The notes beneath the pieces are model-generated. The model worked only from the letters and a program-made list of their open reading frames with translations, was not told where the DNA came from and ran no database searches. DNA of 62,963 nucleotides, filler included. It is 2 parts of 2 records of this genome, joined end to end, with 100 filler letters (N's around TTAATTAATTAA, not from the genome) between each part and the next. Parts side by side here need not be neighbours in the genome. Positions count along the whole stretch, not along the records: positions 31,189 to 62,963 come from SRR20825006_333; 1 more part is not named here. One strand, written 5' to 3'. How positions within the stretch are numbered: position 1 is the stretch's first letter; the number at the start of each line of letters is the position of its first letter. Positions 36,466 through 45,736 of this stretch are shown here, one piece after another. Position numbers and translations under genes: made by a program.

Positions 36466-38619
36466 TCAGAAATCGTATCTTAGACTGGCAGTCACATTGC
36501 GCGGCGCTCCGTAGGCAAGCTGTCTGTAAAAACCAATCTGGCTGTAATACTCCTCATCAAACACATTGTTGACGTTGAGCTGAGCCTGCAACGCCGGTGA
36601 CAGCCGATATCTGGCCATCAGATTGACCACAGCAAAACTGTCCTGCTTCAGTTTTTCAGGGTTTCCCTGGGGGTTATTGGCAATGGTGTAGTTACTGCTT
36701 TCCCAGTTAAGGCCGCCGCCCAGCGTCAGATCCTGAATGCGGTAGGTTGTATATAAAGTCGCTGTGCGACGAGGATGCTCTGTATTAACAGCGTCGCCGT
36801 TGGCATCTTCAGCCCGGAACTGAGACCAGCCCAGTAAGATATTCCAGTTATCGCTCAGCGCCCCATTCACTTCGATTTCAAAGCCTTTACTGGTTGCGCC
36901 CTCAGCAGACTCATAAGCCTGGTTGGTAGACCCTGGCACAAGGTTGTTTGGATCGACCTGTCCCAGGTTGTCCTGCTCAATACGAAATACTGACAGGCTG
37001 GTATTCAGACGACCATCGAGATAGGCTGCCTTAATACCGGTTTCGTAATTCTTACCGTCAACCGGCTCCAGAAAATCACCATTCTTATCCTGCAGGTTCT
37101 GTGGTTGAAATATCTCGGTATAACTCGCATACGCTGAATAGGTATCGTTGAAGTCATAGATTAAACCGGCGTAGGGCGTGACCTCATCATCATGTTCAAA
37201 CTCATACAGACTGCCATCCCAGTTCATGCCCTTAACTTCCCAGTCAGTGACACGGCTTCCCAGAATCAGCTTGAGTGGCTCAGCCAGGGTCAGCCGGGTA
37301 ACGGCATAGAGACCTGTCTGCTTTGTATCACGGGTCACATAAGTACGTTTTGGCCCCCAGCTCGGCTCAGCATAACTGCCATCCCACTCGAAAAAATTGC
37401 CCACTGAAGAACTGCTCAGGGCATCTCTGCGTTCAGCGATAAAATCCTGATCACTGTGCATCAGGCCCAGGGTCACTTCATGCTCATGACCCAGCAAGGT
37501 GAAGGGAATATTGCCGTAAATATCAATATTGTCCTGCTTTCGTTCATTGTCATACCACGACGGGCTGGAGGACATACCCTGCCCGGTAACAGGATCAGGA
37601 TATCCACTCAGATAGAGCAGACGTAGGTCGCCCTCATGCACACTTTTACTGTATGCGGCGTAGACCATGGCGCCAGAGTCAAACTGATGTTCAATGTTGG
37701 CGTAATAATTGGTGACTTCTGATCCCCAGCGGGTCCAGTCAGCAGCCGTTGTTTTCGAACGATTCCAGTCAGTCCGTGAGCCATCGCTGAACCACACTGG
37801 CAAACCACCCCAGGTCGATGAGGTTGGGTTGTGGTCCTGGTAACTGACACCCACATTCAGCAGGGTACGATCTGTCAGATCTGCTGCCACTGTACCCAGA
37901 AAGACCTGGCGCTCATCTTCCAGCAGATCGATATAGGAATCACTGTCAGTGTAACTGCCAACAATACGTCCACGAATAGTGCCTGCATCGTTTAATGGTG
38001 TGGAGAGATCCACGGTGCCCTGATAATGGTCCCATGAACCGGCTGAGGCAGTCGCATGCCCGACAAACTCGCGGCTGTCAGCGCGTTTACGCACCAGATT
38101 TATCGCCGCAGAAGGGTCACCCGCCCCTGTGGTCAGGCCGGTCGCGCCGCGAACAATTTCCACCCGGTCATAAAGGATGGTATCCGTCATCGTCTCACCG
38201 GCTGAGTAGCCGCTCTCCCATGTTGTAGGCACCCCATCAATCTGCAGATTGTTGATAGCAAAACCGCGGGCAGAATAATTAAAACGTGAACTGTCGTTTT
38301 GTTTGGCTGTGACCCCGGTGGCGAGATTAACTACATCAGTAATGGTTTCAAGCTCAAAGTCATCCATGATCTGCCGGGTAATCACAGAAACCGATTGCGG
38401 GGTTTCTTTTACCGATAAGCCCAGACGCGTCGCTGTATTCATCTGGTTTACCTGATATTCCCCAGAATGCTCTGAGGCACCATACCACTCACCTGAAACC
38501 CCCATTTTCGGAAGAGATACTGACGCTTTACTCTCCTGATCAATTGAACTCTCTGCAAGGGCCGGCTGAAGGAATAGAAGCCCCAACGAAGAGGCAATAA
38601 GCATTTTTACGACATGCAT
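36466..38619 (-). CDS. TonB-dependent siderophore receptor (FhuE/FpvA-like)
   Basis: ETPQSVSVIT plug, RVEIVRGATGL..G.GDPSA.INLVRKR, TPYAG, NN.FD, C-terminal YDF. Confidence 0.9.
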   Translation of the reverse strand: MHVVKMLIASSLGLLFLQPALAESSIDQESKASVSLPKMGVSGEWYGASEHSGEYQVNQMNTATRLGLSVKETPQSVSVITRQIMDDFELETITDVVNLATGVTAKQNDSSRFNYSARGFAINNLQIDGVPTTWESGYSAGETMTDTILYDRVEIVRGATGLTTGAGDPSAAINLVRKRADSREFVGHATASAGSWDHYQGTVDLSTPLNDAGTIRGRIVGSYTDSDSYIDLLEDERQVFLGTVAADLTDRTLLNVGVSYQDHNPTSSTWGGLPVWFSDGSRTDWNRSKTTAADWTRWGSEVTNYYANIEHQFDSGAMVYAAYSKSVHEGDLRLLYLSGYPDPVTGQGMSSSPSWYDNERKQDNIDIYGNIPFTLLGHEHEVTLGLMHSDQDFIAERRDALSSSSVGNFFEWDGSYAEPSWGPKRTYVTRDTKQTGLYAVTRLTLAEPLKLILGSRVTDWEVKGMNWDGSLYEFEHDDEVTPYAGLIYDFNDTYSAYASYTEIFQPQNLQDKNGDFLEPVDGKNYETGIKAAYLDGRLNTSLSVFRIEQDNLGQVDPNNLVPGSTNQAYESAEGATSKGFEIEVNGALSDNWNILLGWSQFRAEDANGDAVNTEHPRRTATLYTTYRIQDLTLGGGLNWESSNYTIANNPQGNPEKLKQDSFAVVNLMARYRLSPALQAQLNVNNVFDEEYYSQIGFYRQLAYGAPRNVTASLRYDF

Positions 38620-38670
38620 TGATTAGCTCCATCTGCGTGAATAGAGATGGATACTACCAAAATACAAGCT

Positions 38671-38703
38671 TAATGCAAATGATAAAGGTTATTATTTGCA
38701 TTA
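38671..38703. promoter_or_regulatory. Extended Fur-type operator
   Basis: TAATGCAAAT-GATAAAGGTTATT-ATTTGCATTA; 10-bp perfect inverted arms upstream of the receptor. Confidence 0.7.
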
Positions 38704-38726
38704 ATGAGCCAAGGGCGTTTACTATT

Positions 38727-39869
38727 TTATTTCATTGACTCATCTGATGCTTTGTTGGTGACAATGACGGCCGCCTGGTAGCGCGGTTTCCCGTAGCCCA
38801 ACATACGGTTGAACTCTCTATGTGTCACCGGAATATAGCCGCTGTCAGTCAGGCTTTTGTTGTCGTCCAGATCGACATCCGGATCATGAAAATAAACGAA
38901 AGTATCAGACACCGACACTACCAGTACCCAGTGCGGTGATTTGCTCTGGTTGAGGCGATAGGAGCTAATCAGCACCAGCGCCAGTGCCCCTTCATCCAGG
39001 TAGTCTTTCAATAAAGCGGTATCAACAGAAGACTGGCTTTGTTTAATCTCCGACCGGGTTATCTGATCAACAAAGTCCTGATGAACACATTCAATCACCG
39101 CTTTTTTATCTTCACTGCGCACACCGCTGGTAAACGGAATGGCTTCAGAATTGATGATCAGCGTCGTATCAAGTCCCCGCCGATAAGCAGCCAGTGCCAG
39201 TCCCTGCGGGCTACAGCCACCGTGACCTGAGGTCATAAATATCGTCGTGGCTTCTCGCCACAGTTGAAATTCCAACCGACGATCCAGCGTCAGCGGCGTG
39301 TCATAGGTTTTCATCGCCATCATCAGGCAGGCCGGACCGCAGGTGAAATCGGTCGTCTGGGAGTAATGCGCCACCTGGGGATGGGTGATCTCCGGCTGGT
39401 GATGCAGCACTTTCATCATCCGGAGGGCGTCAGCGTGATCCTCATAGAAATCCGTGACAATATCAAAGGGCTGATAACCAATCTTTTCATAGAGGCGAAT
39501 CGCGCCCTGATTATCCGGACGCACTTCCAGCCGCAGGAAACTACGGCCATCTTCCAGAGCCTGAGTTTCCGCTTCCTGCATTAGCCCGGCGGCGATGCCG
39601 GCTTTGCGGAAACGGGCATCCACGGCCAGTGAGTAAACCCGGCCCAGAGAAGTGCCCTGAGAATAGAGCAGCAAGACATAACCGACCAACTGCCGGTCAA
39701 TAAGAGCCACCAGCAACAGGCTGTGGCCTTTTTCGATCATCCAGCGAAAGCTGCGGCGGGAAATCCTGTCCGTTTCAAAACAGGCATTTTCCAGCTTATT
39801 CAGGGCATCGACATCGTCCAGTGTAGCTTCCCGAATGTCGATATCAGCGTCCGTTGTTGTGGTTTGCAT
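38727..39869 (-). CDS. GNAT acetyltransferase (RimI-like) fused to a C39-like peptidase (DUF3335)
   Basis: N-terminal YSLAV...RKAGIA / LEVRPDN..A..LY; C-terminal QTTDFTCGPA (Cys), PHWVLV (His), HDPD (Asp). Confidence 0.88.
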   Translation of the reverse strand: MQTTTTDADIDIREATLDDVDALNKLENACFETDRISRRSFRWMIEKGHSLLLVALIDRQLVGYVLLLYSQGTSLGRVYSLAVDARFRKAGIAAGLMQEAETQALEDGRSFLRLEVRPDNQGAIRLYEKIGYQPFDIVTDFYEDHADALRMMKVLHHQPEITHPQVAHYSQTTDFTCGPACLMMAMKTYDTPLTLDRRLEFQLWREATTIFMTSGHGGCSPQGLALAAYRRGLDTTLIINSEAIPFTSGVRSEDKKAVIECVHQDFVDQITRSEIKQSQSSVDTALLKDYLDEGALALVLISSYRLNQSKSPHWVLVVSVSDTFVYFHDPDVDLDDNKSLTDSGYIPVTHREFNRMLGYGKPRYQAAVIVTNKASDESMK

Positions 39870-40920
39870 TGTCAGTTAATCCGTCCAGTGCCATCTCTAT
39901 CACCTGACGGCCGCGGAACAGCACCAGTTCCTGCCATTGTTTTTCATCGGGGCAGAAAAAGTCCTGCATTGCATGTTTGATATCCAGCGTTTTGTCATCC
40001 GACCAGTCGACATTGCCTGATTGCTGCAGTTTTTGATCATCGGACAGCACCTTGAGCATTTGCTGATTGCCGAAACTGCCGAACTCCAGTGTCAGGTAGC
40101 AGACATGTTCACCCTGACTATGCCAGAAATAGTCATGTAGCCCCAGCTTGGTACCGGAACTGGAGTTGCCCAGCGACGGCTCGGTGACCGTGGCCCCGAA
40201 CAGCTCCACCGCATAATCATGGGCTTTACTGTCGACAGGATGATCACAAATCAGCTCGCCGTAACCATAGGGGCCAAGGCCACTGTGGATATCAATTACC
40301 ATGACTTGCTTACGGTTAGCCGGTTTGATTTGCGCCACCAGTTGTTCCACGACCTGGCGAGACCAACTGGCCTCTTTGCCGCCGTAATAGGGCATATCCG
40401 GTTTTTCGTACTGCCCCTCTGACAACAGATCGAATTGCTGGCGGTTTTCCGCAATCGTCGCGATGTCGGTTTTGCCTTGCTGTAACTCAGCCCAGATCCC
40501 GGTGGCTTCGGAAACTGGCAGCGTGCTGTTAAAGTCAACAAAGTTGCGATTAACATCAATGCCCTGCTCGTCATTTCGACTGGCCCAGGCAAAACCCCAG
40601 GGGTTTAAAGCATGTACCAGCACCACGCAAACATCAGAAGGCAGACGCCGGTGACGGGAAACAAAGTCGGACTGGATCGCCGAACCCACCCCACCTTCAA
40701 CACCATGGATTCCCGACACCACGACCAGGACCTTGTCCGCTTTGAGATTGCCGGCCCAGGCGATGTCACAGAAGAGTTTTTCGTTTTTCGGCCCTTTCAG
40801 CGGATGCGGCAAATTAGACAACTTTTCCACGATCGAGCTGGTTTCGACATGACTGATAAATTTGTCGCGAGCTCCCGCATAACGCTGGGAAAAAACACTC
40901 AAAACGGCATCTGCATACAT
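39844..40920 (-). CDS. M14-like zinc metallopeptidase (DUF2817)
   Basis: SGIHGVEG (HxxE), HALNPWG, DVNRNF, DIHSGLG, TLEFG; AGGAGG RBS before the ATG at 40920. Confidence 0.8.
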   Translation of the reverse strand: MYADAVLSVFSQRYAGARDKFISHVETSSIVEKLSNLPHPLKGPKNEKLFCDIAWAGNLKADKVLVVVSGIHGVEGGVGSAIQSDFVSRHRRLPSDVCVVLVHALNPWGFAWASRNDEQGIDVNRNFVDFNSTLPVSEATGIWAELQQGKTDIATIAENRQQFDLLSEGQYEKPDMPYYGGKEASWSRQVVEQLVAQIKPANRKQVMVIDIHSGLGPYGYGELICDHPVDSKAHDYAVELFGATVTEPSLGNSSSGTKLGLHDYFWHSQGEHVCYLTLEFGSFGNQQMLKVLSDDQKLQQSGNVDWSDDKTLDIKHAMQDFFCPDEKQWQELVLFRGRQVIEMALDGLTDNANHNNGR

Positions 40921-41086
40921 GGCAACGGGCCTCCTGTGCATAATTTTTCGCGAAGGATATGTGAGTTTGCTGGTTTTGACCAGTAAATAAAATCTCACGC
41001 AGAAATTTTTAACACATGCAGATTAAATTGACTTTATCATTCGTTTCTAACCAACACGCTGGCGCGGGAGGAAGCAACAGCAAACC

Positions 41087-42565
41087 ATGACTAAACACCT
41101 GATAATAGTAGAAAATATTGAGGACTGGAGTCCTTACTTCCCCAGCGAGCAGGTCATCGCTGTCGATGATTACCTGCAATCACCGCCGGCGCGGAGCGAC
41201 AGTCGTGCGCAGATCCTCAACCTTTGCCGCAGCCTTGAATACCTGAGCCGCGGCTATTACTGCTCGATGGTCGCCGAAGCCAGGGGACACCGCGTGTTGC
41301 CGGGCCTGCGCACGATTAATGATTTATCGCGTAAAAGTCTCTACGCCTATGACCTCTCAGACTTGTCAGCACAGCTGGATAAGCAGCTGGCCTCGGCCGA
41401 TCACACTGAGCGCTTTGTACTGAAGATTTACTTCGGTCAGACGCCGGTCAGTTCGCTGCAGAAACTGGCGCGGCAGATTTTTGAACAATTCCCCTGCCCG
41501 ATTCTGGATGTCGAATTCAGTTTTAACGGCCACTGGACCATTACCCGCATCAAGGCCAGTGCCATTAACAAGCTGAGTGAACAGGAACAGGATTTCTTTG
41601 CCGAAGCACTGGATAACTTCAGTCACCGTCTTTGGCGCAAACCGTCTAAACGGCGCCAGTATCGCTACGATATGGCGATATTGCATAACCCCAAGGAAGA
41701 AATGCCGCCCAGCAATATGGCAGCACTGAAGAAATTCATCAGCAGTGGTCGTCGCATAGGCATTGATGTCGAATTGATTACGCCGCGGGAATATATCCGC
41801 ATTGCCGAGTATGACGCTCTGTTTATTCGCGAAACCACGGCCACGCATAACCACACCTATAAATTCGCCCGCCGTGCTGAAAGCGAAGGCCTGGTGGTCA
41901 TCGACGATCCGACTTCGATTATTCGCTGTACCAACAAGATTTACCTGAAGGAACTGCTGGCTGCGAATGATCTGCCGATGCCGGAATCGCATCTTTTGTA
42001 TCGCAATGATCATGCGGGGCTGGATGCACTGTGTGAAACGGCCACCTTCCCGCTGGTGATGAAAATCCCGGACGGTGCCTTTTCCCGTGGCGTGATTAAG
42101 GTCAGCAATGCCGAAGAGCTGCGCCGTGAAGCCCCGGCCTTCTTCCAGCAGTCAGCGATTATTCTGCTGCAGGAATACATGTACACCGATTACGACTGGC
42201 GCATAGGCGTCTTCAACAACAAACCGATTTATGCCTGTCAGTACTTTATGAGTAAAGGCCACTGGCAGATTTATAACCACAACACCAAAAAAGGCACCGA
42301 CAGTGGTAAATCCGCCGCTATTCCCGTCAGTGAAGTGCCGGAAAAAGTCATCCGCATCGCCACCAAGGCGGCACGTCTGATTGGTGATGGTCTCTATGGC
42401 CTTGATATCAAGCAGAGCGGTAACCGCAGTGTCATTATTGAAATCAATGACAACCCCAGCATCGACAGCGGCGTGGAAGACGCCTACCTCGGTATGGCGC
42501 TCTATGACGACATCATGCGTGAGTTCCTGCGCCGGCTGGAAGAGAGAAAGTCAGCCAGTCGCTGA
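41087..42565 (+). CDS. RimK-family ATP-grasp ligase with N-terminal RLAN domain
   Basis: RLAN (NLC..L.YLS.GYYCS..AEARG), DALFIRETT, KIPDGAFS.GV, QEY..T.YDWRIG, EINDNPSID. Confidence 0.88.
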   Translation: MTKHLIIVENIEDWSPYFPSEQVIAVDDYLQSPPARSDSRAQILNLCRSLEYLSRGYYCSMVAEARGHRVLPGLRTINDLSRKSLYAYDLSDLSAQLDKQLASADHTERFVLKIYFGQTPVSSLQKLARQIFEQFPCPILDVEFSFNGHWTITRIKASAINKLSEQEQDFFAEALDNFSHRLWRKPSKRRQYRYDMAILHNPKEEMPPSNMAALKKFISSGRRIGIDVELITPREYIRIAEYDALFIRETTATHNHTYKFARRAESEGLVVIDDPTSIIRCTNKIYLKELLAANDLPMPESHLLYRNDHAGLDALCETATFPLVMKIPDGAFSRGVIKVSNAEELRREAPAFFQQSAIILLQEYMYTDYDWRIGVFNNKPIYACQYFMSKGHWQIYNHNTKKGTDSGKSAAIPVSEVPEKVIRIATKAARLIGDGLYGLDIKQSGNRSVIIEINDNPSIDSGVEDAYLGMALYDDIMREFLRRLEERKSASR

Positions 42566-42578
42566 CTAGCTCAGATAT

Positions 42579-42617
42579 AAAAAAGCGGTGACCGGATAAC
42601 CGGGCACCGCTTTTTTT
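42579..42617. terminator. Bidirectional terminator
   Basis: AAAAAAGCGGTG...CACCGCTTTTTTT. Confidence 0.8.
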
Positions 42618-42628
42618 CGGCCTGGATT

Positions 42629-44677
42629 CTAGAAACGGTAACTCGCACCAACGTGCAGGTAACGTTTTTCACCGACGAAATAGCGGTAGTCACCATCACC
42701 ACCGCCACCGAAGTCAGCCCGCTCAGCATACTCGGTGTTGAACAGGTTCTTGATACGACCATACACCGTGAAATTCTCGGTCACATCATGCGAAGCGCGC
42801 AGATTAAAGACATCATGCCCCTCATATTTGGCTGTGTTGCCGTCATTCACGTAGTACTCACTCATATGAACCCATTCCAGCTCAGTACGGGTCTGCGGCG
42901 TCACGTTCCAGCCCAGACGGATGTTACCTATACGTCTCGGTGCGGTGACCAGATAATCGCCTTTTTCAATATCCGCGCTGGGTTTGTCAAAATCATATTC
43001 ATGCTTGGCAAAGGCCACATTGGCGGCAATATCGAATTTGTCATTAAATGGATAAAACATCCCCAGTTCCAGGCCAGTATGCTGTGTTTTGCCGTTAGGC
43101 ACATTCTGGTTACTGCTGTCAGTGAAGAAATAATCCCGCTTTTTCATGTGGTAGGCAGCGATTTCATACTGCAGGCCTTCACCCACTTTTCGAATCCCCA
43201 CTTCAACACTGTCGATAGTTTCTGAATCAGCCGAACCGGTTTGTGACGGTTCGATCTGAGCCCGGTATAAATCCGTGGTTTGGGGTGCACGGGTACCGCG
43301 TGAGTAATTGATAAAGGCCGCAGTATCGTCGGTCAGCTGCTGTACCAGACCCAGTTTGGGACTGAAATTACTGAATGTATCGACATCACTGTCCGGTCTC
43401 AGATAACGATCACTGCCTGCCAATGTCCGTGTATCAGTATGGTTGGTGTAATCATAACGGGTGTATTCATAACGCAGACCAGCCGTAACCCGGGTTTTAT
43501 CCAGTACCTGCCATTCCGTATGAATATAGGGCGCGATCACCGTGGCATCAACATCGTAGTCATAATGCACACCGGGAATGAATACACCAAATGACGGAGC
43601 TGGATTGTATTGGATTTCAGAGAGTTCACCCTCGGTGTACTCAAAATCGGTGCCGACAATGATTTTATGACCGCCATTCAGATCCTTGGTGTAGGAAGAC
43701 AATAGACCAATACTGCTGTGTTGATTTTTTTCTGTAGCCTGTCCCGGCAGGAAATGCATCAGGAATTCCATCTCGGTATGACGAATGTAAGGCGTCAATG
43801 TGAAGCGAGAGCTATCACTCAGCTCGCGGATCCATTCCGTAGACAAGCGGTAGGACTTGGCGTCACGATAGGCTTCCGGATTGGGATTGGTGCGAGACAA
43901 GCTCTCATCTTCATAAGCCTGATAGCCATAAATGTAACCGGCCGTTTCCTGGTTCAGATTGGTATAACTGAATAAGGTTTTGAAGCTGTCGACATCACCG
44001 AAATAATCATGCCGCAAAGTCACTTTCTGCTGGTCGTAACCGGATTCACTGACATAACCGCCATCTGACGTGCCCAGCACATTGACGCGGTAGCCGTGAT
44101 TACCCACCGTATCACTGACCGTAGCTTTGGCGGTATACAAATCATGCGGGCCAATGGATAAATCGATTTCACGTTCCAGATCCAGTGACGGTGCACGAGA
44201 CAGCACATTCACCAGACCATGTACGGCGTTAGAGCCATAGAAAGCACTGCCGGGACCACGCACAATCTCAATGCCGCCCGCCTGCTCATAGTTGACCTCG
44301 AACAGACCATTCACATTGGCAAAACCGGCCGCACGCAGAGGAATACCGTCTTCCAGGTAAAGAAAAGAGCCGGCACCGGCACCGCCGGTCAGTACCGGTG
44401 AGCGGATCGAGGTCAGATGCTCCTGACCGTTGCCGTGCTGAATATTAACCCCACTGACCCGGTTGGCGATTTCGGTGATATGGTCCGGGCGCACCAGATC
44501 GATTTCCTCCTCAGAAATCTTGCCGGTATTACCCGCCTGCTCCAGCAGCGGCGTTTCTGAACGGGTGCCGGTCACCACCAGCTCATCCAGGGCGAGATTG
44601 TCTTCAGCAACCACGGTCTGCATGCCGGCGCCTAAAGCAAGTGCCACCATCAATGACATATTTCGTCTTTTAAACAT
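42629..44677 (-). CDS. TonB-dependent receptor, substrate unknown
   Basis: Signal peptide, TonB box ELVVTGTR, IEIVRGPGSAFYGSNA, NLFN, C-terminal YRF. Confidence 0.9.
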   Translation of the reverse strand: MFKRRNMSLMVALALGAGMQTVVAEDNLALDELVVTGTRSETPLLEQAGNTGKISEEEIDLVRPDHITEIANRVSGVNIQHGNGQEHLTSIRSPVLTGGAGAGSFLYLEDGIPLRAAGFANVNGLFEVNYEQAGGIEIVRGPGSAFYGSNAVHGLVNVLSRAPSLDLEREIDLSIGPHDLYTAKATVSDTVGNHGYRVNVLGTSDGGYVSESGYDQQKVTLRHDYFGDVDSFKTLFSYTNLNQETAGYIYGYQAYEDESLSRTNPNPEAYRDAKSYRLSTEWIRELSDSSRFTLTPYIRHTEMEFLMHFLPGQATEKNQHSSIGLLSSYTKDLNGGHKIIVGTDFEYTEGELSEIQYNPAPSFGVFIPGVHYDYDVDATVIAPYIHTEWQVLDKTRVTAGLRYEYTRYDYTNHTDTRTLAGSDRYLRPDSDVDTFSNFSPKLGLVQQLTDDTAAFINYSRGTRAPQTTDLYRAQIEPSQTGSADSETIDSVEVGIRKVGEGLQYEIAAYHMKKRDYFFTDSSNQNVPNGKTQHTGLELGMFYPFNDKFDIAANVAFAKHEYDFDKPSADIEKGDYLVTAPRRIGNIRLGWNVTPQTRTELEWVHMSEYYVNDGNTAKYEGHDVFNLRASHDVTENFTVYGRIKNLFNTEYAERADFGGGGDGDYRYFVGEKRYLHVGASYRF

Positions 44678-44764
44678 GATTCATCTCTCTCGTTATGTAT
44701 TCTTTTGAGGTGACAATTTTCTCATACCCGCCCAGCCCGGGCATCAGGAAAATTGCGGGATCTG

Positions 44765-44792
44765 TTGAAAATGGCCGATTCAAACCCCACTT
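44765..44792 (+). promoter_or_regulatory. Sigma32 (RpoH)-type promoter
   Basis: TTGAAA-N14-CCCCACTT upstream of cbpA. Confidence 0.65.
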
Positions 44793-44829
44793 ACTGATAT
44801 AAATCAATTTCAGGTGTATAAGTCCGTCT

Positions 44830-45723
44830 ATGGAATACAAAGACTATTACAAGATCCTTGGTGTCAGCCGTGATGCGTCGCAGGATGACATCAAAAAAGC
44901 CTATCGTCGGCTGGCACGGAAATATCACCCCGATGTCAGCAAAGAAGCCGATGCCGAAGACAAGTTCAAAGAAGTCGGCGAGGCTTATGAAGTGCTGCGT
45001 GATGCGCAAAAGCGCGCGCAGTATGATCAGTTCGGCAGCAATTACCGCCACGGTCAGTCTTTCAACCCACCACCAGGCTGGGAAGAAAATATGGGTGGTT
45101 TCGGCGGCGGCAACTTCAGCAGCTTTTTCGAAAACATGTTTGGTGGCATGGGCGGTGCCGGTATGGGCGATAATTTCTTTGCCAAGGGTGAAGACGTCAA
45201 TGCCAAAATCACGATTTCACTGGAAGATGCCTTTAACGGTGCCACCAAGACTATCCGTCGCCCTGCCGGTGCCAATCAGGGTGGCACCATCAACGTGAAA
45301 GTCCCGGCGGGTATTGCCTCCGGCAAAAAAATCCGCCTCAACGGTCAGGGTAAGGCCGGCATGGGCGGTAAAGCCGGTGATTTATATCTGGAAGTCCAGA
45401 TTGCGCCGCACAAACATTACCGGCTTGAAGGCAAGGATATCTATCTGGATCTGCCGCTGGCGCCATGGGAAGCGGCGCTGGGTGCCAAAGTAACGGTGCC
45501 GACACTGGCTGGCAAGATCAATCTCACCATCCCCGCCGGTGCCCGAAGCGGTCAGAAAATGCGGTTGAAGGGTCGTGGTCTGCCGGGCAAGGAGCCTGGC
45601 GATGAATTTGTCGTGCTGCAAATCATGACGCCGCCCGCTGACAGCGACAAAGCCAAAAAGCTTTATATGCAAATGGCAGAAGAGATGGCATTCAACCCGC
45701 GTGATGCACTGGAACAAGCCTGA
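44830..45723 (+). CDS. cbpA: DnaJ-class chaperone CbpA (no zinc finger)
   Basis: J domain with HPD, G/F-rich region, PWEAALG C-terminal domain. Confidence 0.85.
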   Translation: MEYKDYYKILGVSRDASQDDIKKAYRRLARKYHPDVSKEADAEDKFKEVGEAYEVLRDAQKRAQYDQFGSNYRHGQSFNPPPGWEENMGGFGGGNFSSFFENMFGGMGGAGMGDNFFAKGEDVNAKITISLEDAFNGATKTIRRPAGANQGGTINVKVPAGIASGKKIRLNGQGKAGMGGKAGDLYLEVQIAPHKHYRLEGKDIYLDLPLAPWEAALGAKVTVPTLAGKINLTIPAGARSGQKMRLKGRGLPGKEPGDEFVVLQIMTPPADSDKAKKLYMQMAEEMAFNPRDALEQA

Positions 45724-45736
45724 TAAGGAGGTTCAG

